64,000 nt of DNA. It comes from Antedon mediterranea (Eukaryota > Animalia > Echinodermata). Each line of letters opens with the position of its first letter. Positions within the stretch are counted from its first letter, which is position 1. Below the pieces are notes generated by a model. That model was not told the origin of the DNA. It worked only from the letters and a program-made list of their open reading frames with translations, and searched no databases. The stretch is taken from the NCBI RefSeq assembly GCF_964355755.1, contig NC_092674.1, positions 3,472,001 to 3,536,000 on the forward strand, in the 5' to 3' direction. Of this stretch, positions 34,067-48,400 are shown piece by piece. The translations under genes were made by a program, and so were the position numbers.

Positions 34067-36763
34067 CTATTCCATTCCATTAAACATTATCTCCTTCATC
34101 TCATCACAGTCCGGGGGTGCATTTGTAAATAGCGTTCCCACAAATATATGCGTACCCCAGTCTCTGTGTCGCACACATTTGCAGCATCCAAGGTCCTCAA
34201 TTTCAAAGCCTAGTTTTCTAAAACGTTCATCAGTTTCAAATAGTGTTGTGTTTGGGTTGCTTGCGCCTACAAACTAGAGAGAAAAAAGAATTTTAGTTTC
34301 AGTAAATTTTAAACATATAGGTTTTCCACAACATAACAAAGCAAGTGTACTGTTGATACTCCTATTCATGAATACACAGTAGTGTGTATATAGTACCTGA
34401 AAATCTCCACCATTTTAATTTTTTTTTTCTAATAATCTATTGAAGAGTGATTTTTTTCCCTGTTTCTACATAGCAGCAAGTGTAATAGATATTGTCTACA
34501 TTATGTTACAATGACAGAACTGCAAAATGGATTGTGATGCAAGAAATACTCACCGCTTGACCAGACGAAGGGTCAATAAAATCCGCCCAGAACCCTGCCT
34601 TTGTTAACGATTTACAGATCTCCACAGCGCTAGTGATAAACTAAAAGGAGAAAGAAGTGATGTCAATTTCAGAATACGATGGGTTCTCAAAATGATGTTC
34701 TCGCACTAAGTCAGTGTTTTTCCAGGGCAAGCATCAGTGTGAAGTTATGTGGAAGCTTGACTGTTAGTGGCAAATGTTACAAGACGCTTGACCGTTAATG
34801 GTAATTGTTACAAGACGCTGGACTGTTTATGGTAATTGTTACGTGGAAATTGTTAAGAGAAGATTGACCGTTGATACAAGATTTGTGAACACGATGCAGA
34901 CTGGTTAATAACTTACGTTTTCTAACAACTCTTCTCTTTCAACTTCTACTTCTGAACTCCAACCAGACATGTCGCTGTTTGTTTTCTGACAGAGTGTCAG
35001 AATTGTGACGTGTCCTTTAGATAAGTCAACATCTGGGAATAATTCACTAAATCCTAATAAAATATTAGGAAGAATATAAGTGAAAGTTCAGCAATTCATT
35101 CATTTTATAGCCAAAAGCTCTGCCCACACTATCAGAAAAATGTATGTGCCCATATCATATCACTACCATATTTAGGCACAGATCACACTTTTTTTACCAA
35201 ACTAGTTTGATAGTGTAGACAGAGTGTGATGTGCCCAAATATGGTAGTGATATGACATCATCATGTCCATATGGGCACATTTCATTTTGTTGGCACATAA
35301 ATTTTGGTATTGTCGACAGAGTTTAATAAATCATAATGGTGAGTATTTTTAATTTTAGTACCTTTTACTAAAGAAGGTGGGCAATCTTGTGCAATCATTT
35401 CTAAAATATTCTTTGGATTTTTGTAAGCTTCTTTCATAAACTCTTCTGCAGATTCTTCACTCTTCAGAAAAAATAAGATCATATGGAATAAAACATTCAT
35501 TATTTATAGAACTGTAAACTTAAATGTATAATATCCAATAGTTTTGAGACAACACAGCTATTGAGTACAATAGTCATTCTGCTAATTATTTTTCTGAGCA
35601 TACATAGAATGACTTTTGTACTCAACAGCTGCTTAGTTGAGCGGTGCGTTGATATTCTGTGAAGGAGAATGTAACATTAAATTGGTTTTTGTTATTACTG
35701 TACATTCTGTTCCTGTTACCTGCCAAATCCCTAGTTATAATGAATGTTAGGATTTCTGGGTGATCATTCAATTTGCAAGGCTCGACCCACATTATGTTTT
35801 AAAGGTTCAACTTGTGCTATTTACTTGTATTGTAATGTAAATTGTATATTGAGATCCAGCCACTGATACCCACCACAGCATTGTCATTTTTTATACTGAA
35901 AATTAATTAATTAATTTGAAACGATAAAGATGAGGAAATCTAAATATATATATATAATATAAATTATATTTTTATAAATGGAAATTATGAATAAATAATG
36001 AATGAATAAATAAAAAGGTAATTAATTGAACTGGTTTACTTCAGAAACAGCATTGACGAACTGAGCAAACACAGCAGCATGTCGGTCGTGTCGTAGAGGT
36101 TTATATAGAACATCATATGTTGTTTGGTCAGGTGAGGCAGCTATTGGTTGCGGTTGTTGTTTAAGTTGCGTTACTACGCCAACATTTCCTGGTAATGAGA
36201 AACGCTTATCATGTTCGGAAAGAGGACCTAACTTTGTGTCTGGCCAATCAATTCCCTCTGTGTAAAACAAGAACATTTGTGTTGTGAATGTAAACTTCAG
36301 GATCATTTGATGTAATTGAATGTTAAAAAAGATGCAAATCTTTATAACTTTTAATTGTATTTATTAATGTACTCTACCATTCGTTTTTCTTTCTTCTTCA
36401 TTGCATTGTTTTTGTAGAACAGAATTAGAAAATGACCTTTGACATAACACAGTTGAACGAAGAGTTTTAAGACCAGGCAAATAGGCTATTAAACGTGCAC
36501 GACTTAAAAACTGTAGAAAAGAACCAAATGAGAATATATTAATATTTTGTATTCCATCCCTTTGTATATCATCTTGGAATAAAATGTCAATGCAATACCA
36601 AGTATATTAAAGGCCAACAACTTTCCTTAGATATAGAATTATGGTTATGTTAAACAAAACAAGTTACAGTATTTTTATCCTCCAACTTGTGTAGGCCTAT
36701 GTTGGAATTAAAAAGGATACACCATACAAATAAAAATGTACAAACAAGCACCTTGGACATCAT
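34067..36763 (-). CDS. MMADHC: Cobalamin trafficking protein CblD. Exons 36763-36752, 36510-36378, 36257-36040, 35461-35362, 35053-34917, 34640-34554, 34273-34067
   Basis: [18 protein letters not shown]...[69 protein letters not shown]...[15 protein letters not shown]. Confidence 0.93.
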
Positions 36764-37479
36764 GCACGAGTTGTCCTCGAATAGAAAGAAAAGGATCTGT
36801 TGTTGTCCTATTCCTATATAAAAATAAATAATGAAATATTAATTGAACAGAAACACTGCAAGCAGCACTGAAACAGGCCTCTCTGCGACTCTAGCCTACT
36901 ATTTAGTACTATTGCTCAGCGAGTGGCAGTGGGACCGTGACAGTGTGGTGTCGCAGGTCACAGTGCATTTCGGCCGCCAATCAATCATACATATTCAAGA
37001 ATAATTACAATTCTGCTCTGGTGGCCAAAATAAACAATACATATTTTGTCCTTTTTGGCGTTTCATGAATTTGGCAATTCCATAACCGGCGGCCGAAATG
37101 ATCAGACACCGTGTCGCACCTGCCTTCCGTAAGTAGCCTAGGCCTAGCTACTACTAGCCTAGTGCTAGAAGTAGGTTAGGCCTAGGCCAGTTACTAGTAG
37201 TAGTAGGCCTAGGCCTGTAGTACTTAGTAAGCCTACCCTACCTAGCTAGCTAGCCTAGCCTACCTACTAGCCTAGGCCTAGGGCCTACCTATAAATCTAT
37301 TTACGCTAGTAAATTCACTAACAGATTTTATATTTAAATTTTACTAGTAAGTAATATTAATAGCCCACACTCTATACAACTGGATTTTTTGCCTGAATAA
37401 GAATAAAAACGGAAATTTTGTAGGCCAGTGGCCTACGTTTCGTGAGTACACACAGAGTGACGATGGAAAAAAAATGTAT

Positions 37480-37680
37480 GTGATTGATATAGCGCCACCA
37501 ACGATCTGGTAAACAACCGCTGCGCGTGTCGTCACGTCTGACCTTTAAATTGGAGGCGCGCGAGAAAAAACCAGACACTGCTTGCTGCTGCTGCTAGCTG
37601 CATGCTGCTGCTGCTGTTCGTAAAAAGAAAACAAAGCATTTACCCTCTGAAAGTCTAAGTTGTTCTTCCAGTGGTAAGTA
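37480..37680. promoter_or_regulatory. Putative CpG-richer bidirectional promoter for MMADHC (-) and HLTF (+), with a candidate non-coding HLTF first exon
   Basis: Local CpG enrichment, E2F-like GGCGCGCGAGAAA near 37556, strong + strand donor G|GTAAGT at about 37674; inferred only. Confidence 0.35.
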
Positions 37681-38432
37681 GTTGTTATTTTTTATTCGTT
37701 TAGTTGTTACGCGAGTAGGTTTGAATACTATTTAATTAATGTCTCTTTTTAAAAGAATTATTGGGTTCTAAAGTGTTCTGACAATAATGTGACCTCTCTC
37801 CCCGGGTATCGGATCATCTCGGTCGCGTTTCATTTCGGTCGCGCTTCCGGTAAATCGAACTTCCGGCGATTTCTATGGAACGCCGCTCAATGCAGTACTG
37901 TACACTGTAAGCTCTAATTAAAGATCGAAGTGTAGTTCTATTATTTTTTAGGTGTTTATTTAAAAATGATTTTATATAATAATCATTATATTTAAATAAA
38001 TATTGTAAAAACAGTATGTTATTAATATTTAACTTTTTTTTAAATGTTTTTATAAGCATTATATTTTGATATATTTTGTAAATATTCTATTTCTTTCTGA
38101 CGGGAAAAATAACATACAAACTCACTTTACACTTTTGTCAATGATCATTCAATCTTTTTATTTTTAAAACAAAAACATATACACAAATATTTACATATAT
38201 TTAAAAACAAAACATAGATACGTTAATGTAATGCAAAACAAACTCGTTTCACACTGTTTTTCAATTCAATCCTTTTATTTTTTAAATAAAAACGCATATA
38301 CAAATGTTTACATTCATCATTCAAATTGAAACCTTTTTATTTACATCTACAAACGTTATTTTATTTATCTATGTATTTAATATTTTATTTATTAGCAATA
38401 TTTACATCTATCTCATCTACAAATCGCGAACA

Positions 38433-39915
38433 TCATTTGATATAACGCGCGATCAGCGTAAGGAGCGATCTCTCTGATTGTTGGCCTGCGCGATACTCGT
38501 CCCAGAGGCGTAAGAGCGTTCTAGTTGCACGTCGGTAAGCTTGTCGCTGAAGCCGGTCAACATCTTCGCGATGAACTAATTCCATTGTGATGTGAACATT
38601 CTGACTCTCTTCATGCAGCAGCCCGATTAAGAGGTAGAGTTGAAGTTTTGCTGAAATAACAAAAATAACGTACTATAATTATCATGAGCAAGTTAACAAC
38701 ATAATACATAATATTATAATTGAAAATTAATTTTCTTACCACGTCGTCCTTTTCGATTCAGTCTGTTGTGATACGGGTGTCTCGAAAACAGAGACCCGAG
38801 ACCCAGGGTCTCTGTTTTCAAGGAAATCTCGAAAACAGAGACCCCCACTAAAACGTCTCAATATTACGTAATATAGGGGGTCTCTGTTTTCGAGATTTTC
38901 TCGAAAATAGAGACCCCCACTAAAACTTCTAAATAATACGTTATATAGGGGGTCTCTGTTTAACAGAGACCCCCACTAAAGCGTCTCATTATTACATTAT
39001 ATAGGGGGTCTCTATTTTCGAGAAAAACTCGAAAACAGAGACCCCCTATATAATGTATTATTTAGACATTTTAGTGGGGGTGGAGTCCCCACTAAAACGT
39101 CTCGAGAATGACGTATCAGTAATAAACGGTAACTGATATGCCGATCAAAGAACAAGCCGCAACGATAAGAAGAGATTGATGAATTCTTGAACGCGTGTAA
39201 AAAGACTGTCATTTTGGAATACAAGGTCGACGTCCTAGAAGTAAGATGTATAAATATATAGAAGCTAAAAAGCGGGAGATTATTTAAAAAGCTGACATTA
39301 GTTTCGTAACGTACATTTATTTACAAGCATAAAAGATAATAACGTACAATGCAATAACAAAATGATATGAGGTCAGACTTTGAGACAGACTGGAGGATAA
39401 AGACAAATATATTGTGTTGGGCGAGCCTTAAAAAAGAAATGAATAAAAAAAAAAAAAAATTGATAAATAAATAAACATAAATTCACGGTTTTTGCGATAA
39501 AAGTTGGGTGTTAATAATTTATGACCAAGCTTGGTGGGTATTTGCAACACTCTTAATCAACAGGGATTATATTAGGGGGTCTCGGGAAATCTCGAAAAAA
39601 GAGACCCCCAATATAATGAGACGTTTTAGTGGGGGTCTCTGTTTTCGAGTTTTTCTCGAAAACAGAGACCCCCTATATAACGTAATATTGACATTGAGAC
39701 GTTTTAGTGGGGTCTCTGTTTTCGAGAAAAACTCGAAAACAGAGACCCCCTATATTACGTAATATTGAGACGTTTTAGTAGGGGTCTCTGTTTTCGAGAT
39801 TTTCTCGAAAACAGGGACCCTGGGTCTCGGGTCTCTGTTTTCGAGGTCTCTGTTTTGGAGACACCTGTTGTGATACCCCTCAAGGTCGCTGTTGGTCCTC
39901 GTTGTCAACAGACAA
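38433..39915 (-). pseudogene. MULE transposase C-terminal remnant, split by a foldback insertion and one intron (38739-38651)
   Basis: Removing the insertion restores RTNSDLEGYHNRLNRKGRR (MULE RTNNxxEGxH catalytic-E motif), followed by AKLQLYLLIGLLHEES...QRQAYRR...LWDEYRAG...LLTLIARYIK*. Confidence 0.8.
38775..39866. mobile_element. Foldback-type MULE-like element with modular TIRs
   Basis: Starts GGGTGTCTCGAAAACAGAGACCC and ends GGTCTCTGTTTTGGAGACACCT; arms made of CTCGAAAACAGAGACCCCC subrepeats; about 10-bp TSD GTTGTGATAC (38765-38774 and 39867-39876), boundary ambiguous by 1-2 bp. Confidence 0.85.
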
Positions 39916-41605
39916 TATGGTTTCATTCTAATTCAATAGCACGAGACATAATGCGACACATCAATGCATTATGCTTTTAAAAAATGTTACATTACATACA
40001 TAATCGTAATAATATCTTTCAATCAGTGCAATATAGTGTATAAAAAAGCTCAGTAAAGTCTCTCACTGATTTTAACTGGCACCAAACAAATATTCCCAAT
40101 TTACTCATTCATAATTATTAACATATAGGAGTCGTCTTCGTAAGCTACTTGTTGTGTCCTTAAAATATAGATAAAAATCGTTACAAATGCAAACAGGTTT
40201 ATAAATTCGAACTGCTACACGTACCGAGTGCTGAAAGAGAGTTAAATCGGACAGTTAAGTCTCAATCCTACAATAGCATCCATTTTCGTATGCTTTATAC
40301 ATAATTGACGCGCCATACACCACGATCGATATTGTTGAAAATTGACCTTAATTGACACGCGACCGAAATGAAACGCGACCGAGATGATCGTAATTCCTCT
40401 CCCCGCCGCCGCCGAGGGACGATATGATTGATTGGAAATTCCAATGGATGCCTGATGGTTGTGTGGTTAAATGATTTTAGCCAGATCCGACATCTCATCT
40501 CATGACATCTGCTATTTTATTATGTATCTGTATGACTATATGACACTGTTGCAGTGACTTGTTGAGAGAAATACTTTTCATCCGGGCAATAATGCCTACC
40601 CTACATACATTCTTCGTGACCTTGCTTGTGTAATTTGAGTATCCCACTTTTATGCATTGTGTCCTCCACCATGAGGAAAAGAAGAAAAGTGGGCCTTGCA
40701 ATACTTTTTTCGCGCCGCGGCTCTAGCCAGCTATGTCCCAGGAGGACACATTCATTAATAAGCTGTTTCAATAGCGGTAGCTTTAGTATCTAAGGCTGAC
40801 AGTTTTGTGAATTTGGAAACTCGACTATAATTTATAGGTAGCTGCTGGACCCAAAAAACGTCTGGGAGAAGAGAGTCTATATGAAAGCCTTTGCTGATAA
40901 TACAGTATTATTGAGATGTAGACGGAAATCTGTAAAATCTTGTTCAATAAATAATAACTTCGTTTTTGCTGTCAACCAGGCCGGTATTATAATAAGTCAC
41001 TGTCAAATAATCATTCGATAATGGTCAACACTTTATTTTGGCTCGGTCAACATAAAGGGAGGTATTTTTTTTACAATGACTTTCTTTTGACTGTCAATCT
41101 AGGCCAATGTTATAATAATACGCCGTCAGATATTAAATCATTGAAACAGTCCTGGTAAATTTTTTTTTTGGTTATCAGATGCCGTGGGGGGGGGGGGGTC
41201 CAATCAATTATCGTCAGAAGGTGAACAATCAATCTAGGTAGCAGCAGCAGATTATTATTAACGCCTGCTCCATTAATTAATCCAGAAAAAGGTTTGTACA
41301 TTATCTATTTGTTTATTAGCCTTCTGCTAACACAATTATATTTTCTTTAAAAACAGGTTTTATAAGTGGTTTCAACATTTATGATAGTAATGTCACAGTT
41401 CTGTGTCTGGACGCAAGTTCATAGACCTACTAGTTATATTATTCATATTAACTGATACTTACTCTTCATTTACCGTAAAGTTCAGTTTTAATGAAATATA
41501 ATATAAATTGGCTTCGTAACAATTAATTAGTGTTGAAAAGGTTAGTTTTTTGGTGATAGGTGAAAATGACATGTAACTTCGTAATCAATTTATTTTTTTT
41601 GTATA

Positions 41606-41938
41606 AAGGCCCAATTACACTATGACGATAACGACGGACGATAAATATATAGCATGTATTTTTTTTACATAAACCAAAAGAAATTAGAAAGGTTTTCGTT
41701 CTAGACCTATAGGATAATCATTTATGCTGTCTTTGATAAAAATAATGTTTTCAAATTCCAATCGAATGACGTCATGATAAATAAAAACAATAAAATCGCT
41801 GTATTGGAACGATATTATTGGACGTGTGAAAATATAATTTTCATCAAAGGAATTGTTTATATTTCTTTTGGTTTATGTATTAAAAATGCACATTTGTCTA
41901 TTTATCGTCGATCGTTATCGTCCTAGTGTATGGGCCTT
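41606..41938. mobile_element. Near-palindromic MITE
   Basis: AAGGCCCAATTACACTATGACGATAACGA ... TCGTTATCGTCCTAGTGTATGGGCCTT, with extended inverted arms (AAACCAAAAGAAAT / ATTTCTTTTGGTTT). Confidence 0.75.
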
Positions 41939-42529
41939 ATGCTGTAAATGTTCAATTAATTGATCATTCCGATTTTATTAGTTGGACTCTTGCACAGTTG
42001 CTGTCTAATCGTTGTTGTGTAATATCATTTCGAACCATATTAAAATCATAAAGAGATTCATATTCCTTAACATGTGGCTTTGCATGGAAGTCAGGTCTAC
42101 AAAAACTCGGGCCCGGGGTCATTGTTATTGGGCCTGAAAGTGTTGGTGAATTCATAATTATACTTAATATTATATTTATACAGGGAGTTGTTATTAGTAA
42201 TAACAACTTCCTGATTTATATATATATATAATTATATAATTATACAATTGAAAGCAAAACCCGTTGAATCTCAAATCATTAGGACTAAAAATTTGGCTTA
42301 TCAATCAAATAAATACTTTCGTTCAAAATGAAACTCCAACCTCTCTAATCAAAAGATTGAACTCGAAAACGGACCGTTTTTTGAATTGGGTATGTTGAAA
42401 CATTTCAATATTCATTTAAAAAAGTACATTAATTATGGTATTGATCAGTGGCTATAGAGGCGTGAAAACCCTCGGTCAATATCATGTAAAATGCACTGTG
42501 GAAGGGTCATTATTAAGACTGCAAAATTG

Positions 42530-44190
42530 GGCTTATTAACAAATAAATACTTTCTTTCAAATGTAAAATCAAGGCTGAAAAATTGGGCTTATCAACAACA
42601 AAATATTTTATTATTAGACGCGATAACATCAAAGATAATCAGTATAATTATTAATATAGCCTCTGTTACTAGTTTTATTCTACATGATAAAGTAAATAAA
42701 AATCCACTAGAAAACAAACCAGTCTGAATGTTATGCTTATTAGCCATGTTATGTTTGTTACTGTAGGCCTATGATTGTTTGCAATGTCCACATATTATTT
42801 CCGTGGGCATATCCATAGTGTATCACTCACAAAAAAGACGTGTGAGGTTCTTTCTTTAGATTTTGAAGAATGATTTGTGTTACAGGTTGACACATGAGTC
42901 AAATGCTCAAGATATCGGCTAACGCCATGGGACCCTTGGCTTATCAATGAATAATAAATACAGTACTACTTTCGTTCAATTGAAATCAGAATCTGACCGT
43001 TTCATTAAATTGGGTGTGATTAGGCCTAAACATATAATAATTTATTAAAAAGGTACAATAAAAACAAATGCATCAGAGGCGTAAAGAACCCACGGTCAAT
43101 ATCAATGTAAAATGTATATGGTATAAGCACTGTGGAAGGGGTCATTATTATTAAACTGGAAAATTCGGCTTATCAACAAATAAATACTTTCGTTTAAAAT
43201 GTAAAATAAGACTGCAAAATTGGGCTTATCAACAAATAAATACTTTCATTCAAAATGTAAAATAAGACTGCACAATTGGGCTATCAACAGATAAAATACT
43301 TTTTTTTCAAAATGTAAAATTAAGACTGGAAAATTGGGCTTATCAACAAATAAATACTTTCTTTCAAATGTAAAATCAAGGCTGAAAAATTATTGGGCTT
43401 ATCAACAACAAAATATTTTATTATTAGACGCGATAACATCAAGGATAATCAGTATAATTATTAATATAGCCTCTGTTACTAGTTTTATTCTACATGATAA
43501 AGTAAATAAAAATCCACTAGAAAACAAACCAGTCTGAATGTTATGCTTATTAGCCATGTTATGTTTGTTACTGTAGGCCTATGATTGTTTGCAATGTCCA
43601 CATATTATTTCCGTGGGCATATCCATAGTGTATCACTCACAAAAAAGACGTGTGTGAGGTTCTTTCTTTAGATTTTGAAGAATGATTTGTGTTACAGGTT
43701 GACACATGAGTCAAATGCTCAAGATATCGGCTAACGCCATGGGACCCTTGGCTTATCAATGAATAATAAATACAGTACTACTTTCGTTCAATTGAAATCA
43801 GAATCTGACCGTTTCATTAAATTGGGTGTGATTAGGCCTAAACATATAATAATTTATTAAAAAGGTACAATAAAAACAAATGCATCAGAGGCGTAAAGAA
43901 CCCACGGTCAATATCAATGTAAAATGTATATGGTATAAGCACTGTGGAAGGGGTCATTAATATTATTAAACTAGAAAATTCGGCTTATCAACAAATAAAT
44001 ACTTTCGTTTAAAATGTAAAATAAGACTGCAAAATTGGGCTTATCAACAAATAAATACTTTCGTTCAAAATGTAAAATAAGACTGCACAATTGGGCTTAT
44101 CAACAGATAAAATACTTTTTTTTCAAAATGTAAAATTAAGACTGGAAAATTGGGCTTATAAACAAATAAATACTTTTTTTCAAAATGTAA
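42530..44190. repeat. ~810-bp near-identical tandem duplication bounded by a ~55-bp minisatellite
   Basis: CGATAACATC at 42621 and 43431; TGCATCAGAGGCG at about 43068 and 43881; unit AATTGGGCTTATCAACAAATAAATACTTT...AAAATGTAAAATAAGACTG at the junctions. Confidence 0.9.
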
Positions 44191-45455
44191 GAAAACATTT
44201 TTTAAATATAATCCTTAAGCTCTGTCTATACTATCAAACTAAATATGATGTGCCCATTATATAGACATGACGATGTCATATCACTACGATATTCGGGCAT
44301 ATCACTACCATATTTGGGCACATCACACTTTTTTTGTTAAACTAGTTGGGACAGTGTAGACACAGAACGAAACATAAATCCGAATTGGACTGACGCGATT
44401 GATTTAATTGGGTATTTTTTATTAATGTAATGATTCATTAAAAACTATAATACCGATACGCGTTTGGTATTGATCAATGGTGCAAAAAACCCTGAGAAAT
44501 AATGTTATAACGCGATTTGGTGATAGCTTAGCAATAATACAACCCATATACTATTATTATAAATACCTATATTACAAATCCATTCATATAACTTTTCATC
44601 GCGAACCGAAAATGTATAAATGTTATTCTACAGACAGTAATTATATATTCAAAAGCCATATTATTATTATTATCAATACCTAAATGCGATAGTAATAACC
44701 ACATAAACATACATTATTATTCCCAATACAAGTTTGTGCGTTTAATTCTAGAAAGAAACGACTGTGCTAACAGGCCAATGACATAAATCACAAGTAAGGT
44801 CCCAATTGTTCACTTGCGTTTTGATTGGCCGACCTACTGTATTAGATTAATGAAGACTGTTCTTACAACTGTCCAGTCAAAAAGTTACGCGGCGTTTTTT
44901 GTAAGAAATATTTCTTGTTTAAATTCCAATTACTGTACACACATTATAAGATTAGGCTGCGCAGTATCATTATTTCTAGTGCATAATTATAGGTGTAACC
45001 ATGGTGTAACAATATTTTATATTATTTATACACTCCATAACATTGGAATTTAATAAGAAGAATAATAATAATAATTAATACAATATAATAAAATCTTTTC
45101 TCTATCTCAGACTAGTATTTCAACCATCAACATTTTTGTTTAATTTATGTTATCAATTTTCATGTTTTAACAACAATGCCTAATACTGTACACAATTCTG
45201 AATACTTTAATGACTTTCAACAATGTTGTTTATTTGATTATCATCACATAATTAGCATAACAATAGAACTTAATTGAATCCTGAAGCATTTAAACAATGA
45301 AGTCCAGCAGTATACAGGAAATAAACAACACACCCTCTATTGTTGGACAAATAACTTCACCCTTCCTAAAGTTAGATTAAATGCTTGCATAAATTCAGTA
45401 AAATGTAAAACATTTTTTCATTATAAATTTCTTTTGAATTCAAGTTTTACTCATC

Positions 45456-48400
45456 ATGCCTTGGCGTCAACGTCGTCACAACGGGTGGAAGGAAGATTGG
45501 CCACAGAAGAAAAAGAAATCATCAAACAGCTGGAGAAACAGCAGCTCTTGGACCCTGCCAAGTGTTCCTGGTCTAGACTTGCTGGAGAGGTCTCTGCTTA
45601 GTGTTGATGCCTTAATTGGCGATGATCCATATATTGATGATGACCTAGATGACAGCTCTGATAATCAGAAACTGTTGGCGACCATCAAAGGCAACATTGT
45701 TGGAATTCAGTACTACAATGGCACGGTATTGAATAATCACAGTTAATAATTCTTATAAGCTTTGCTATGTTTTTTTTCTAATTTTTAAATATTACTCATT
45801 TGTTCTTCAGAATGGTTCCATGATTGTTCCGAAATTTCAATCTTTTTTGTCATTAAATTTTATTTTAAAGAGAATTTTTGAGTTAAAATTAAAACACTAC
45901 AGCAGCTTATTAATTGAATTTCTGCATTGTTGTTCTTGTTTTTTACAGGTTAATAATTTTGAAATGGTCGGCTTGGTACGAGAACCTAACAATCCATACG
46001 ACAGAAATGCAGTACGTGTCGACAATGTTAGTAAGCAAAAGGTTGGCCATCTAAATCGACATTTAGCTGCTGCAATGTCTTATATAGTGGACAACAAGTT
46101 AGCACGTGTTGAAGGGTAGGTGTATTGTGATGTGTTTTATAAAATTTTACCTTATTACATTCATATGTTTTTTATGTGTGGAACTGTATGATATAATTAA
46201 TATCTTTGAGTCTATTATGAGGGCTTACAAGCGTCATTTAAAGCTCTACACTATCAAATTTTATGTGACAACAAAATTTCATTTGCCCATATATGGACAT
46301 GATGTCATATCACTACCATATTTAAACATATCGCTACCATATTTGGGTACATGACACTTTTTTGTCAAACTAGTTTGATAGTGTAGACAGAGCTTAAATT
46401 GATGTCATGGATGTCTTTATTTTTTTGTTTAGCATTGTCCCGTCGGGGAAGAATAATCAATATTCAATGCCAGTGAACCTCACCCTGTGGGGAAAACCCG
46501 AAAGACAGAATTCAGTTGCGAGTGCTCTATCCAGACATAATATTCAGTTTCAATATCCTGGTGGAGCCATGTCAACCGCCACTGCCTCATCTTCCGGTGT
46601 GGTTAGTGGTTACCAACCTAGGTCATCTAGTTATACCCCACAGCTCTTGACTCAGGCAGAGGTAATATATTGTTACTTTTTAATGTCCATATTCCTAATA
46701 CGATTGTTGGACTGTTTTCGACACAATGATTTTGAGATGAACTGCCTCCATGTTTTATAATCCTGAGATACTTTTTTGGTTGGGGCCTGAAGGTTTTACT
46801 GTAATTATGAAAAAGTGAATTGTATAAAAAAATGCCTATGGTAGAATTCGAACCTGATACTTCTCACTTGTTACTCTCGAGTGCCAAACCACAGTGCCAC
46901 AAACTGGTGTAGTGTGTTTTAGTGTAGTTCTGTGGTAAGCCTATTCCAAATTCCCGGGAGAAGACGCCATCATTTCTTATGGTCCCCAAATACATGTCAG
47001 ATAAAAGAACTTTTTTCTTTTTTTCCCCTGAAATTATACAAAAATAAAGTAGAATTAAAATTAATATAATTATTGAATTATATTGACATTTTATCCTAAT
47101 TTTCTTACTTCTACTGTAGATGAAAAATGAATTGGATAGTATTTTTGACTCAATGAAGGAACACGATAAAACATCTTGTATGGAGCCAGCCAAGGTAGAG
47201 TAACATATTTACATAGTGTTGATGTTGTTTGTTTTGTTGCTTGTCTTGTTAATTTTATCATATATGTTTTGATGTAATAATAATTATTTAAATTATTTTA
47301 AAAATAATACTGTTTTTTCAGATTAATTCAAAATAATATTTTGTTTCATTTTATGACAAATCATCAGCATGTATATAATCATTCAGATTTGATTGTGATA
47401 CGGTTTTTGCAAGTGTGATATCTGCATATCATTAAGCTGAAGGTTCCGAGTTCGAATCTCGATTGGGGTGGTTTTTTCTCAACGATTCCGTCATTTTTTA
47501 TCGTTTCTAAATCAATAAATTTTCCCTTTTTTTCATTTATTTATTTTTTCATTTAATTTTCAGTATATCATAGGGCGGTTTAGAATTTCTTCTATGAATG
47601 CCTATAAATATTCTATTTACTATTTTCATTGTTTAGGCCATTATGACCAAACTGTACCCACATCAGAAGCGTGCTTTGCAGTGGATGGTGAACCAGGAGA
47701 ACTCCAACACCCTGCCACCATTGTGGAAAGAGAGGAAAGGAAACTACATCAACATCGCTACAAACTACCAAACAACAGTGCGGCCGCCAAGCATTAATGG
47801 CGGCATTCTAGCAGACGACATGGGCCTTGGTAAAACTCTTGAGGTCATAGCACTTATCATGACAAACTTTTGCAATGGGAAGCCGTTAGCTGTCCCTGTG
47901 GAAGGGTTGCCGCCTCCCAAGGTACAGTAACAAATTTTGCATTCAACTGTATATATATACAGTAAATACACTTTTATTGGACACCACTCTAAGGGAACAC
48001 TTTTCTGTTTAAAAACAACAAGGTGAAATATATTTTTGAACTCGTATGAGATAATTCTATTAAGGGAACACTTTGTTGGGTCCTCAAAGTTTCCCCCTTA
48101 GAGGTTTTACTATAAATTATAAATAACACAAATTATGAAAAATGACTTGTAGTATCAAGCAAAGCTTATTAACAAAAGTTCCAATATTATTGTATAAAAA
48201 TGTCTGTTAGGATTTGAACCTGCGACTTCTCACTTACAGCATGAGTACCATACCACATCAAACTGGTGTTTTAGTGTAGTTTTACAACAAAATCTGCTTT
48301 ATATTCATAGGAGGTAGGTAGTATGTCAAGTAAAAGGAAAAATGGAAAAGTGGATACAGTATTTGAGAAACCAGTCTTTGAGGTGAAGACGAAATCAAAA

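Larger units (their letters stand above)
37805..40396 (-). mobile_element. MULE (Mutator-like) internal-deletion derivative
   Basis: TIR core GATCATCTCGGTCGCGTTTCATTTCGGTCGCG mirrored at 40358-40389; 9-bp TSD CTCTCCCCG (37796-37804 and 40397-40405); carries a transposase C-terminal remnant. Confidence 0.85.

Noticed and set aside
47430-47470. tRNA-like GGTTCCGAGTTCGAATCTC
   Set aside because: Only a T-arm/B-box; no acceptor stem or full cloverleaf; likely a SINE relic
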